DNA of 36,362 bases from a virus (taxonomy: Duplodnaviria; Caudoviricetes), in the IMG/VR virus record IMGVR_UViG_3300046778_000227, positions 1 through 36,362 of that record; one strand, 5' to 3'. The translations under genes and the position numbers were made by a program. Shown here piece after piece: positions 27,990-35,959 of this stretch; positions within the stretch are counted from its first letter, which is position 1; every line of letters starts with the position of its first letter. The notes under the pieces were generated by a model. That model had not been told where the DNA came from, did not search any database, and was given only the letters and a program-made list of their open reading frames with translations.

Positions 27990-28034
27990 ATTGCGGGGCA
28001 TTAAATCACCAAATCGCGCGCGATGCCCCGCAAA
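27990..28034. repeat. Dispersed palindromic element, copy 4
   Basis: ATTGCGGGGCAT-N21-ATGCCCCGCAAA. Confidence 0.93.
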
Positions 28035-28062
28035 TAACACCAGCGTGCGATCGGAGTTAATC

Positions 28063-28506
28063 ATGGGCGACGCAAAACGGCGGAAGATTGCAGGGACTTA
28101 TCACACCCCAATCAAAACTGAAGGGCAGACACTATTGGATTCTGCACTTCAAATCACGGACGAATACACGTTGTTTGATCGATATGATGAGATCTCGTTT
28201 GAATGGGAAGGCAACATCTTTAACGTGTCAATGCTAATCACGAACCCTGGCAATGCTTTTCTTTTTACCGTGCAAACATCTGTCGAACTTTGTTTGAGTA
28301 GAGAGTTGTATAGCATTTCGGAACCTGAGTTTGAAGAAGTTGAATCAATTGTTATGGGGCTTTTCGATGGTTCTATTCGTATTTTGGAAAGTAAGCGCGA
28401 AAAAGCTTGCGGACACTATTTAAAGAGACTTATTGAAAAATCTGAGAACTTTAGAGAAAGTCTCTTAGAGCATCTTCTTCCAATTGGCCTAAAAAATTTC
28501 GACTAA
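28063..28506 (+). CDS. AT-rich accessory (moron-like) hypothetical protein
   Basis: Starts MGDAKRRK after GGAG; visibly lower GC than its neighbours. Confidence 0.6.
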   Translation: MGDAKRRKIAGTYHTPIKTEGQTLLDSALQITDEYTLFDRYDEISFEWEGNIFNVSMLITNPGNAFLFTVQTSVELCLSRELYSISEPEFEEVESIVMGLFDGSIRILESKREKACGHYLKRLIEKSENFRESLLEHLLPIGLKNFD

Positions 28507-28555
28507 AAGTGGAACCCAAATGTAAAGCGGTTCGTTACATTTGGGTTCCACTTTT
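28505..28555. terminator. Perfect 21-bp stem hairpin
   Basis: AAAAGTGGAACCCAAATGTAA-N9-TTACATTTGGGTTCCACTTTT at the stop of the accessory gene. Confidence 0.6.
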
Positions 28556-28665
28556 TCTAAGTGCAAAAAACGATCGCTGGAAAGCTTACCTACAGCGGTT
28601 TCTCAGACTTAATCAGAAACTCGCCGAAAAGCTGATGAATGCTTGACAAAAACCACATCTAAAGA

Positions 28666-28710
28666 TTTGCGGGGCATTGTCTAACCCATTCCCTCAAAAT
28701 GCCCCGCAAA
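28666..28710. repeat. Dispersed palindromic element, copy 5
   Basis: TTTGCGGGGCAT-N21-ATGCCCCGCAAA. Confidence 0.95.
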
Positions 28711-28771
28711 TAATCGCCTCGCGCTAGATGCCGATCGCCCCCGCCACCCGCCACAATCGGCCTAAAACCTC

Positions 28772-29212
28772 ATGCCCAAAGCTCGAAAGGGCACCGTCTC
28801 AGTTGCCAGCCAAGACGGAATGCTTCGTCTGCGTTGGCGACATCTCAGCAAACCCTACACCCTCTCCCTCGCCCTCGCCGACACCCCACTACACCGACGC
28901 ATCGCCCAAGGCAAAGCTTCCGAAATCCAAGCGCGATCGTCGTCAAGACGCTCTGACCTCGTATTCCCCTCCCCAACAGGCAAACGCATCAACACTCGAT
29001 CGTTCTGTCGGCGATGCTGGCGACAAACCTGCACCGATGCGGGCATTCCCTATCGCGTCCCCTACTTTGCCCGCCATAGCCTAGCCAGTCATCTCATCGA
29101 ATCAGGCGCAACCTACCCACAAGTGGCCTATGTTCTGGGGCATTCCTCCACGCGAATGGTTTCCCAGACCTATGGCCGTATGGTCCCGCCTCCTCAGCTC
29201 CCAGAATTTTGA
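28772..29212 (+). pseudogene. int: Tyrosine integrase with in-frame internal deletion
   Basis: The N-terminal arm-binding domain (GMLRLRW...LSLALADT) is joined directly to the catalytic C-terminus (LVFPSPTG, PYFARHS, LGHS, TYG); the core-binding domain and box-I Arg are absent; only 146 aa. Confidence 0.85.
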
Positions 29213-29451
29213 GTACGAACTGTGTACGAAGTTTTGGGCGATCACCTGTATCCCTATCTATTCTTGCTGTTTTGAACTTGCGTCTACCACTTTGGGGTAG
29301 TAGGGGTCGCAAGTTCAAATCTTGTCATTCCGATCGATGTTAGGCCATGCACAGAGCTAGTTCTAGCCTAGAGCATGGCTTTTCACTTCAGCCATTTCCA
29401 GATATTTTCGGACATTCGATCGCCCCTTTTGTGTACGGATTGTGTACGAAG
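29210..29451 (+). other. attP site (core plus paired arm-type repeats)
   Basis: Arm pairs TGAGTACGAAC-TGTGTACGAAG (29210-29231) and TGTGTACGGAT-TGTGTACGAAG (29430-29451) flank a tRNA-derived core just downstream of int. Confidence 0.8.
29287..29333 (+). other. 3' half of tRNA-Pro(GGG), the att core; not a complete tRNA
   Basis: Anticodon loop TTGGGGT, variable GGGTC, T-arm GCAAG-TTCAAAT-CTTGT, acceptor strand CATTCCG-A; no D-arm or 5' acceptor strand. Confidence 0.8.
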
Positions 29452-29521
29452 GTTTTGGAGGTATTAAATTTCCTAGAACGGTAACACTTGAAACCATTTT
29501 GAGGCTCTTAAACGAAATTTT

Positions 29522-29864
29522 AAAAGTCACATTCCCGACACAACCAGCAAAAAACCAGTAAAACCAGCAAGCCTTTTTTTACTGGTTTTACTGGAAGCCT
29601 TATACAGTGCAACTTTCAGAAAGACAAAACCAGCAAAACCAGTAAACCAGTAAATCCCTTACCTTTTAAGGAAAAAGAAAAAAAGAAAATAAATATAGAG
29701 CCAATAGAAAAGCCAATAAAAAGCCCGTAAAGGGAACCGAATTTACTGGTTTGCTAGGTTTGCTGGTTTGGGATGTTGCTATGACTGGGTTTGAGGCCGA
29801 CCAGTAAAAAAAGGCTTGCTGGTTGCTTCTGGTTTTTGCTGGTTGTGTCGAGAATGTGACTTTT
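29522..29864. other. Putative replication origin: large inverted repeat with ACCAG(C/T)AAA iterons
   Basis: Arms of about 65 bp at 29522-29586 and 29800-29864; inner inverted iteron clusters at about 29627-29655 and 29741-29769; A-rich centre; non-coding. Confidence 0.7.
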
Positions 29865-29958
29865 TAAAGGCTCCATCTTTCAGCCTAGAAGAAGGCCGAT
29901 CGCCTTTGTTAGAGTTAAATCCGTTGGATGAAAAAGTTTAAATCTCTCACAGAAAAAG

Positions 29959-30260
29959 ATGAACATTAACCTCTCCCCCCTGCGTCAAATTGTTGAAGTG
30001 TTGCGAACGAAAATCAGTGCCCAATGGTCTCAGGTGGGAACCTTGCAAGCTAGCGTCTACGCCCTAACAAACGAACTTGCCCTCGTGCAAAGCCAACTCG
30101 TCACCGCCCTTGCTGCCGAACCCGCTCAGCTGCCCGACTCCTCGCCGAACAAGCCCTAGCGGAGCAACAAGCCACCGCCCAAGCCGAAATTAGCGAACTT
30201 GAGCAGCAGCTTGAAAGCCTGGTTCAGGAAAACAGCCCGATCGCCGACCCGGTTTACTAA
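29959..30260 (+). CDS. Coiled-coil hypothetical protein (frameshift near 30120; 29959-30159 in the track)
   Basis: The alternative frame continues RSAARLLAEQALAEQQATAQAEISELEQQLESLVQE to TAA at 30260. Confidence 0.5.
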
Positions 30261-30263
30261 AAA

Positions 30264-30308
30264 TTTGCGGGGCATTTTGCCCCACCACCCTGCAAAATGC
30301 CCCGCAAA
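30264..30308. repeat. Dispersed palindromic element, copy 6
   Basis: TTTGCGGGGCAT-N21-ATGCCCCGCAAA between convergent stops at 30260 and 30316. Confidence 0.95.
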
Positions 30309-30315
30309 TGTTGCA

Positions 30316-31635
30316 TCACCAGCCCGCAAAATCCAACATCTCCTCACTGGCAAAATCGATCGAACTCTTCCCCACCACCTCAACCCCAGCCCAATCGATC
30401 GCACTTTCCCCCGCCGCCATAATTGCCAGGAACAAAGCCCAAGTGCGATCGGCGTGACCATTCGAGTCCCGATCGGCATCAAAGCGCGGAGTGCCGACAG
30501 CGGACACCGATTTTTTCAGCTTATGCAAATCGTCCCGTAGTTCTGGCAGCGGCGGAATCCGAAGCCCCCGCGTCTCGAATCGGCGCTTTCCTTCCGTCGC
30601 CAACGCCAACTTATTCGCCGAGCCAAAAATCACCCCCTCCACCATCGACCCATATTTTTTCTGCGCCCGCTCCACCACCATCTCCCCCATGCCCGATTGA
30701 TCGAAGCAGGCCCGACTAATCCGATAGTGTTTCCAAAGCCGATCGACGATCGCCTCCTGTTCCTCAAACGAAATCCGCCGCTCCACCACCAGCTCACGCA
30801 CCCACAAAATATCGCCCACCCGCTCCAGGACGATCGCAACCCACAGGTCATTGCGCCGAGCAATATCCACCCCCAAATAGCAGGGATAGCCCGCGTACTC
30901 ACTCGGCTTGCCCGCCTGCTCATCCTCACAGCTTGCAATCAATTCAAACCCAAGCCAAGCCGACGCTTCATCTAACCATTGCAACTCGAATTCCTGTGCC
31001 CAAGCGTCCTCATCCGCCAGAGCCGATCGCAGCTCCACCACATCCCGATCCAACCCCTGCGCCACCGCCTGATAAATATCGACCTGGTGTTTTGACCAAG
31101 TGCCGTCGTTAGACTGCATCAGATCGTAAAACTTGTTCGCCTTCCCATTGGGAGTAGACGTAATCCGCAAATCAAATCCACGAGAAACGATCGGGAACAT
31201 TGCCTTCCAAATCTCCCGACTGTCGTGATGAAACGCAAACTCATCCAGGAATACATTCGCCGAAAACCCGCGAGCTGTATCAGGATTCGCAGGCAGCGCG
31301 GTGATGCGTGACCCATTAGGGAGCTGAGCCTCAAGCGCTTTGTATTTGCCTCCCCATTCATATTCGATCGTCTCAAACGCCGCCTCATAACTCTTGAGAT
31401 GACGCATCACCCCTTCATTCAAAGCCTCGTAAGCCTGCCGTTCTCCCCGGCTAAGAATGACCCACCGATCGCGAGACCCGCGAGACTCCGCAAACAAACA
31501 GCGCTGCACAATCTCCAGCGTCGTCGTCCAGGTCTTCCCGGTTTGCCGAGCGAACATGCCGATTTTGAACCGGGACTGATCACGCAGCCAAGCCCGTTGA
31601 TAGTCATAGAGTTCGATCGCGAATTTAGATGCCAT
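30316..31635 (-). CDS. terL: Terminase large subunit (Mu gp28-like)
   Basis: LYDYQ, ARQTGKT, TARGFSANVFLDEFAF, ITSTPNG, LGVDIAR, FDQSGMG, GHADRTWALFLA. Confidence 0.95.
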   Translation of the reverse strand: MASKFAIELYDYQRAWLRDQSRFKIGMFARQTGKTWTTTLEIVQRCLFAESRGSRDRWVILSRGERQAYEALNEGVMRHLKSYEAAFETIEYEWGGKYKALEAQLPNGSRITALPANPDTARGFSANVFLDEFAFHHDSREIWKAMFPIVSRGFDLRITSTPNGKANKFYDLMQSNDGTWSKHQVDIYQAVAQGLDRDVVELRSALADEDAWAQEFELQWLDEASAWLGFELIASCEDEQAGKPSEYAGYPCYLGVDIARRNDLWVAIVLERVGDILWVRELVVERRISFEEQEAIVDRLWKHYRISRACFDQSGMGEMVVERAQKKYGSMVEGVIFGSANKLALATEGKRRFETRGLRIPPLPELRDDLHKLKKSVSAVGTPRFDADRDSNGHADRTWALFLAIMAAGESAIDWAGVEVVGKSSIDFASEEMLDFAGW

Positions 31636-32083
31636 AGATCGCCTTTGTTACACTCGCTAGCACTTCTGGATCTAAAACCTTTGGTTTACTCTCAACGACT
31701 TCGATCGTCGAAACAATCTTATCCACTCGCTCAAGCACCTTGAAAGCGACTTGAGCCTTCACATTTGGAGGTGTCTCAGGGTTTGCTAGCAAGTCGTCAA
31801 TCACGTCCATTGCGGCATCGATCGCCTTATTGTTTCGGGCCTTAATTGTCCGCATGGCATCGTCATGGGTTGCCTGAATTTGCTTGTCAAGTTCTGCCAG
31901 AAAAACAGGTGACTTTTGCCATCGTCGCAAGGTCATTGGGACAACCCCCACCTGTTCAATCACGGCTGCCCGTTTTTCTCCTAGACAAAGGAGTTCAATC
32001 GCCTTCATCTGTAAGGGCTGTAGGCGTTTGCTCCGCTGTGCGTTTTTGTGCGTTTTTGTTCCCTTTCTAGTCATTATTCCCAT
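31625..32083 (-). CDS. terS: Terminase small subunit (N-terminal HTH)
   Basis: QMKAIELL...QVGVVPMTLRRWQKSPVF; directly upstream of terL. Confidence 0.7.
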   Translation of the reverse strand: MGIMTRKGTKTHKNAQRSKRLQPLQMKAIELLCLGEKRAAVIEQVGVVPMTLRRWQKSPVFLAELDKQIQATHDDAMRTIKARNNKAIDAAMDVIDDLLANPETPPNVKAQVAFKVLERVDKIVSTIEVVESKPKVLDPEVLASVTKAIYGI

Positions 32084-32903
32084 CCCTCAACACCGGGTGA
32101 GCGAGGGGACGAAGCTCCTCCCCTCGCTCACCCGGACGCATATAAATCAAACCCGCCACACTCGCCACCATGCCTGCAATATTGGCAATCTTGCCGACCT
32201 CCTCCTGAGCCTTCGTCGCATTCCAACCGCACACCGAAAGCATCGTGACCGCGAGACCGATCGTCAGATACTTCAGATGCTCATGATGCACTTTCAATCG
32301 GTCTTCCTGCTGTTGGTCGCGTTCACTGGCCAGCGCAATCGCGGTCCGCACCTCAGTCGAAATCGATTGGAACCCGCGTTCCATATCCGCCTGGAGATCG
32401 CTCTTCAAATCATCGATCGAATCAATGCGTTGATTTAATTCCATCATGGCTTGTTGCTGCAAATTCAGCTCTTGTTGAAGTGTTTGGAGGTCGCGCCGTA
32501 GCAATGCGATCGCCTCCGCTTCAAATCCTTGAGTCGGAGGTTCGTCGCCTCCTAACTCTAAACGCCCTTTGCTAGAAAGCTCCGCTCTATAACCATCTCC
32601 AAAGAAAATATCAATTTCCATCCCATCCCCAAACGTCAACGGCTCCCGAATTCGCTCACCCAAAAACCAAACACCACTTCCACTAGGCTTGCTACCCTGC
32701 CCATCCACAACCAACCACGCATCCCCCGATCGCACCAACCTCGCCTGCACCCGCGAACAAGCCTGCACCCCTCGCCCAATTTTGTAATTCGTCTCAGAAG
32801 ATCGCCCAAAACTGACAGTAGACTGATTTTGCAAGTCAACCTTGCGAACGGTTAAAAGCGTCCCATCTTTAAATTCTTTGAGTAGCACATTGTTTTCTAG
32901 CAT
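32067..32903 (-). CDS. FHA-domain / coiled-coil / C-terminal membrane protein
   Basis: VSFGRS...CSRVQARL...WLVVDG...SGSGVW FHA pattern; heptad region; two hydrophobic segments. Confidence 0.75.
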   Translation of the reverse strand: MLENNVLLKEFKDGTLLTVRKVDLQNQSTVSFGRSSETNYKIGRGVQACSRVQARLVRSGDAWLVVDGQGSKPSGSGVWFLGERIREPLTFGDGMEIDIFFGDGYRAELSSKGRLELGGDEPPTQGFEAEAIALLRRDLQTLQQELNLQQQAMMELNQRIDSIDDLKSDLQADMERGFQSISTEVRTAIALASERDQQQEDRLKVHHEHLKYLTIGLAVTMLSVCGWNATKAQEEVGKIANIAGMVASVAGLIYMRPGERGEELRPLAHPVLRDGNND

Positions 32904-33261
32904 CTAAATCTCGGCTTTTGAACGATCGAAGAATAATAAAGATATGCCGCTCAGTTAGACCAAATTCAAGGGCCGCCTGACGACAGGAATAGAGCTTTAA
33001 AAAATCGAAAATAGCCTTATTCCGATTCCTAATCACCAAAGGACTCGACCTCCGACAATGCTTTTTAAAATTAGGAACATCAAAGGTTCCACCTCCGTAA
33101 AAGCGCTGAAGTTTTTGAGTCGATTCCTCTCCAATCAGTGAATACAAGGACAACAAGCTCTTAGAACTTCTTCGCCCGATCGGAACATACAAGCGCGTCC
33201 CACCATGCTTTTCAACGAGTTTTTCTAGAGATTCCTGGCCTAGTAATTGTTCAAGAAACAT
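32869..33261 (-). CDS. Mor/C-family transcription activator
   Basis: HGGTRLYVP / YGGGTFDVP, RNKAI, AALEFGLTERHIFIIL. Confidence 0.8.
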   Translation of the reverse strand: MFLEQLLGQESLEKLVEKHGGTRLYVPIGRRSSKSLLSLYSLIGEESTQKLQRFYGGGTFDVPNFKKHCRRSSPLVIRNRNKAIFDFLKLYSCRQAALEFGLTERHIFIILRSFKSRDLDARKQCATQRI

Positions 33262-33413
33262 GGCTTTTGAGAGATTGAATTGGAGGCTATTCGTCTTGAG
33301 AAAATATTAATATTTATTTAAGAATTAAGCTGTAATGATATCCATAAGTTCTTTCAGGCTAGAAACATTCTATACATGGGAATACCGTTTCATTGCTGAC
33401 GTATGGCAGTCCT

Positions 33414-34346
33414 ATGAGCAAATTAGTAGAAATTTTTCGACAGGGAACGCACATTGATAGTGCAGGTGTTACCCGTACATTTACGGAAGATACCCTTAAA
33501 CAAATTCAAGATTCCTACAATCCTGAAAAACATGCGGCTCCATTCTTGGTTAATCACGATGAATCAAAGCCCAACCGAGGAATTGTCGATCGCCTGGTAA
33601 AGATTGGTTCCTCGCTCTATGCCGCCGCGAAAAATATTGATGCCGATTTCCAAAAGCAGATTAACAATCGGAGACTGCCTGCGCTATCAGCCGCACTCTA
33701 TTCCCCCGAAGACCCTCGCAATCCCAGACCGGGAATGTGGGGACTTCGGCATGTCGCAGCCGTTCAGATTCCAGCGGTTAAGGGCATGAAGCAACCCGAA
33801 TTCAAAGAATGCGATAAGCTTTTGACGATCGAGTTTGCAGAGCTAGCCGTAGAAGAGGAAGAACCTGAAGAGGAAGAACCTGAAACTAAACCTGAAACAA
33901 CGGAGCCACCAATGACTGAGGAAGAACTCAAGGCCCTTAGAAAACGATTAGACGAGCGAGCGGCAGAACTGGATATAAAATCCGCTGTCTTGGACGCAGC
34001 AGAGTTTCAAAGCTTTGCTGAAGTCTTGCTAAAGGAAGGCCGTGTCTTTGATGCCAAACTCGCCGCATCGATCGCCACCATGCTTCCCAATGAAGCCACC
34101 AGTACGATCGCATTCGGTGAAAAAGCAGAACCGATTCAAACGCGATCGGCTTTTAAAAAATTCCTAGAAGCATTGCCCAAGAGCGTGGAGTTTGGTGAGG
34201 TATCAGCCGGGACAACCCCAGGAACCTACGACCCAAATACGATCGCCCTGGCCGCCCGTGAATACAAATTAAAGCAAGCCGCTTTAGGCAATGAAATCAG
34301 TTTCAGTGAAGCCGTTGCCCAAGTTGAAAAAGGAGTGAAAAGCTAA
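33414..34346 (+). CDS. Mu-like prohead protease/scaffold
   Basis: VEIFRQGTH, YNPEKHAAPFLVNH, LRHVAAVQIPAVKGM, VEFGE. Confidence 0.85.
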   Translation: MSKLVEIFRQGTHIDSAGVTRTFTEDTLKQIQDSYNPEKHAAPFLVNHDESKPNRGIVDRLVKIGSSLYAAAKNIDADFQKQINNRRLPALSAALYSPEDPRNPRPGMWGLRHVAAVQIPAVKGMKQPEFKECDKLLTIEFAELAVEEEEPEEEEPETKPETTEPPMTEEELKALRKRLDERAAELDIKSAVLDAAEFQSFAEVLLKEGRVFDAKLAASIATMLPNEATSTIAFGEKAEPIQTRSAFKKFLEALPKSVEFGEVSAGTTPGTYDPNTIALAAREYKLKQAALGNEISFSEAVAQVEKGVKS

Positions 34347-34735
34347 TGACTCAAGCAACACAAATTATTATTCCAGTTCAGGGCGATGCGTCAGGAATCC
34401 CGCCCTATCGCATTGCCATGACCAGCAGCACTCAATTGAATCGCGTGGTTTTGGCCAATACCGCAACGAGCGCAAGCCTAGGCTTTTCGCTGTTGGGAGT
34501 CACGGGGGAATTGGGTCTTGATCCAAATGCGATGGGAGACCTAACCGTCATGGGAGTGGGCTACGTCCAGACTTCGCAAGTTGGGATGCCGATCGGATCG
34601 CCCTTGACCTCTGAAGTTCAGGGCAAAGCCGTGATTGCCAATGCAGTCGGCCAAAGAATCGTTGGCTATTTACTGGAACCAACCACGGTTCTAGATCAGA
34701 TTTGCAAAATTTTAGTATGTCCCGGAGTCTTCTAA
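34346..34735 (+). CDS. Capsid decoration/cement protein (DUF2190-like)
   Basis: LLGVT...GDLTVMG...GSPLTSEVQGKAV...IVGYLLE; lies between protease and capsid. Confidence 0.7.
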   Translation: MTQATQIIIPVQGDASGIPPYRIAMTSSTQLNRVVLANTATSASLGFSLLGVTGELGLDPNAMGDLTVMGVGYVQTSQVGMPIGSPLTSEVQGKAVIANAVGQRIVGYLLEPTTVLDQICKILVCPGVF

Positions 34736-35695
34736 ATGCCTAGACAGCCGTTTGTCGTATCGCCGCAATTAACTGCCGTCGCGATCGCCTACAAAAATCT
34801 CAAATTAATTGCGGATGAAATCCTTCCCTTAACTCCCGTTCCCGCCTCTGAATTCAAGTGGATACTGCACCCTCCTGAAGAGGGATTGACCGTCCCAGAT
34901 ACCCGCGTATCCCGTCGCGGCTCCGTCAATCAAATCTCATTTAGTGCCACAGAACAAACCAGTTCCGTTGAATCTTACGGGATTGAAGATCCAATCCCCT
35001 ACAGCGATATTCTCAAGGCTGAGGATGGCCGCCGTGCAGGGCTAAACAACTTCGATCCAAGGGCACATTCCACCGAAATGCTGTCGCGGTTATTGGATCT
35101 CGATCGTGAGGTCCGCGTCGCTAATTTAGTCAATACAGCGACAACTTACCCCATTAATCGCCGAATTATTTTGTCCGGCACTTCACAGTTTTCCGATTTT
35201 AATAACAGCAATCCACTGCGATCGATCCTCACCTGGCTCGATATCCCCCTCATCCGCCCCAATATGCTTTGGATGGGGCAAGATGTGTGGCGAATTGTTC
35301 GGCAGCATCCGCGTATTGTTGAAGCAATCAAAATGACCGGGGCTGGACTGAACGCTCAAGGGACGATCGCCCGTGAAGCGCTCGCTGAATTGCTTGAAAT
35401 TGAAAAAGTCATCGTCGGTGAAGGCTGGGTTAACACGGCCCGTCGCGGCCCCAGCCCCACCTATAACCGAGTCTGGGGCCGGAACATGGGGTTCTTTTAT
35501 TGTGATGTCCTGTCCGGCGCTCAATCCGGTCTAACGTTTGGTTTCACTGCCACTTGGAAAGGCAAATTTGCAGGAACCATTCAAGATCCAAATATTGGAC
35601 TTGAAGGCGGTGAAATCATCCGCGTCGGTATGAATTGCCGCGAGATTATTTCCGCACCTGATGCAGCGTTCTTTGTCCAAGAAGCCGTTGCTTAA
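34736..35695 (+). CDS. Major capsid protein
   Basis: LTAVAIAYKN..IADEILP, LDREVRVA, RPNMLWMG, HPRI, TFGFTA. Confidence 0.9.
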   Translation: MPRQPFVVSPQLTAVAIAYKNLKLIADEILPLTPVPASEFKWILHPPEEGLTVPDTRVSRRGSVNQISFSATEQTSSVESYGIEDPIPYSDILKAEDGRRAGLNNFDPRAHSTEMLSRLLDLDREVRVANLVNTATTYPINRRIILSGTSQFSDFNNSNPLRSILTWLDIPLIRPNMLWMGQDVWRIVRQHPRIVEAIKMTGAGLNAQGTIAREALAELLEIEKVIVGEGWVNTARRGPSPTYNRVWGRNMGFFYCDVLSGAQSGLTFGFTATWKGKFAGTIQDPNIGLEGGEIIRVGMNCREIISAPDAAFFVQEAVA

Positions 35696-35723
35696 TTACT
35701 AATTTATTTGATGAGGAATCACC

Positions 35724-35957
35724 ATGGCAGATAAAAAAATCACTGAACCCACTGAACCCACTGAACCCACTGAACCCACTGAACCCACTGAACCCACTGA
35801 ACCCGCTGAACCGATCGTAGAACTAAAGCCCTATCGCGCCCTCAACATGATTGAGCATGATGGCCAATCCTACCGCCCAGGACAGACCATCATGCTCACG
35901 GAAGAGTTTGCCCAGGTGCTGTTACGAATGAGTGCAGTTGAACCCATTGAGGAGTAG
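35724..35957 (+). CDS. Small head-associated protein with TEP repeats
   Basis: YRALNMIEHDGQSYRPGQTI domain following the capsid gene. Confidence 0.65.
   Translation: MADKKITEPTEPTEPTEPTEPTEPTEPAEPIVELKPYRALNMIEHDGQSYRPGQTIMLTEEFAQVLLRMSAVEPIEE
35742..35813 (+). repeat. 9-bp tandem repeat (ACTGAACCC)x7 plus GCTGAACCG
   Basis: Direct reading; encodes (TEP)7AEP. Confidence 0.95.
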
Positions 35958-35959
35958 TC

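Noticed and set aside
28772-29212. Functional transposase or integrase
   Set aside because: It lacks the core-binding domain and first catalytic Arg, and no DDE transposase is present anywhere in the genome
29271-29335. Complete tRNA gene
   Set aside because: Only the anticodon loop to the 3' end is present; there is no D-arm or 5' acceptor strand, so it is treated as the att core
14919-30308. Palindromes with constant-length variable spacers as a CRISPR array
   Set aside because: The copies are dispersed over 15 kb, the arms are inverted rather than direct repeats, and no cas genes are present
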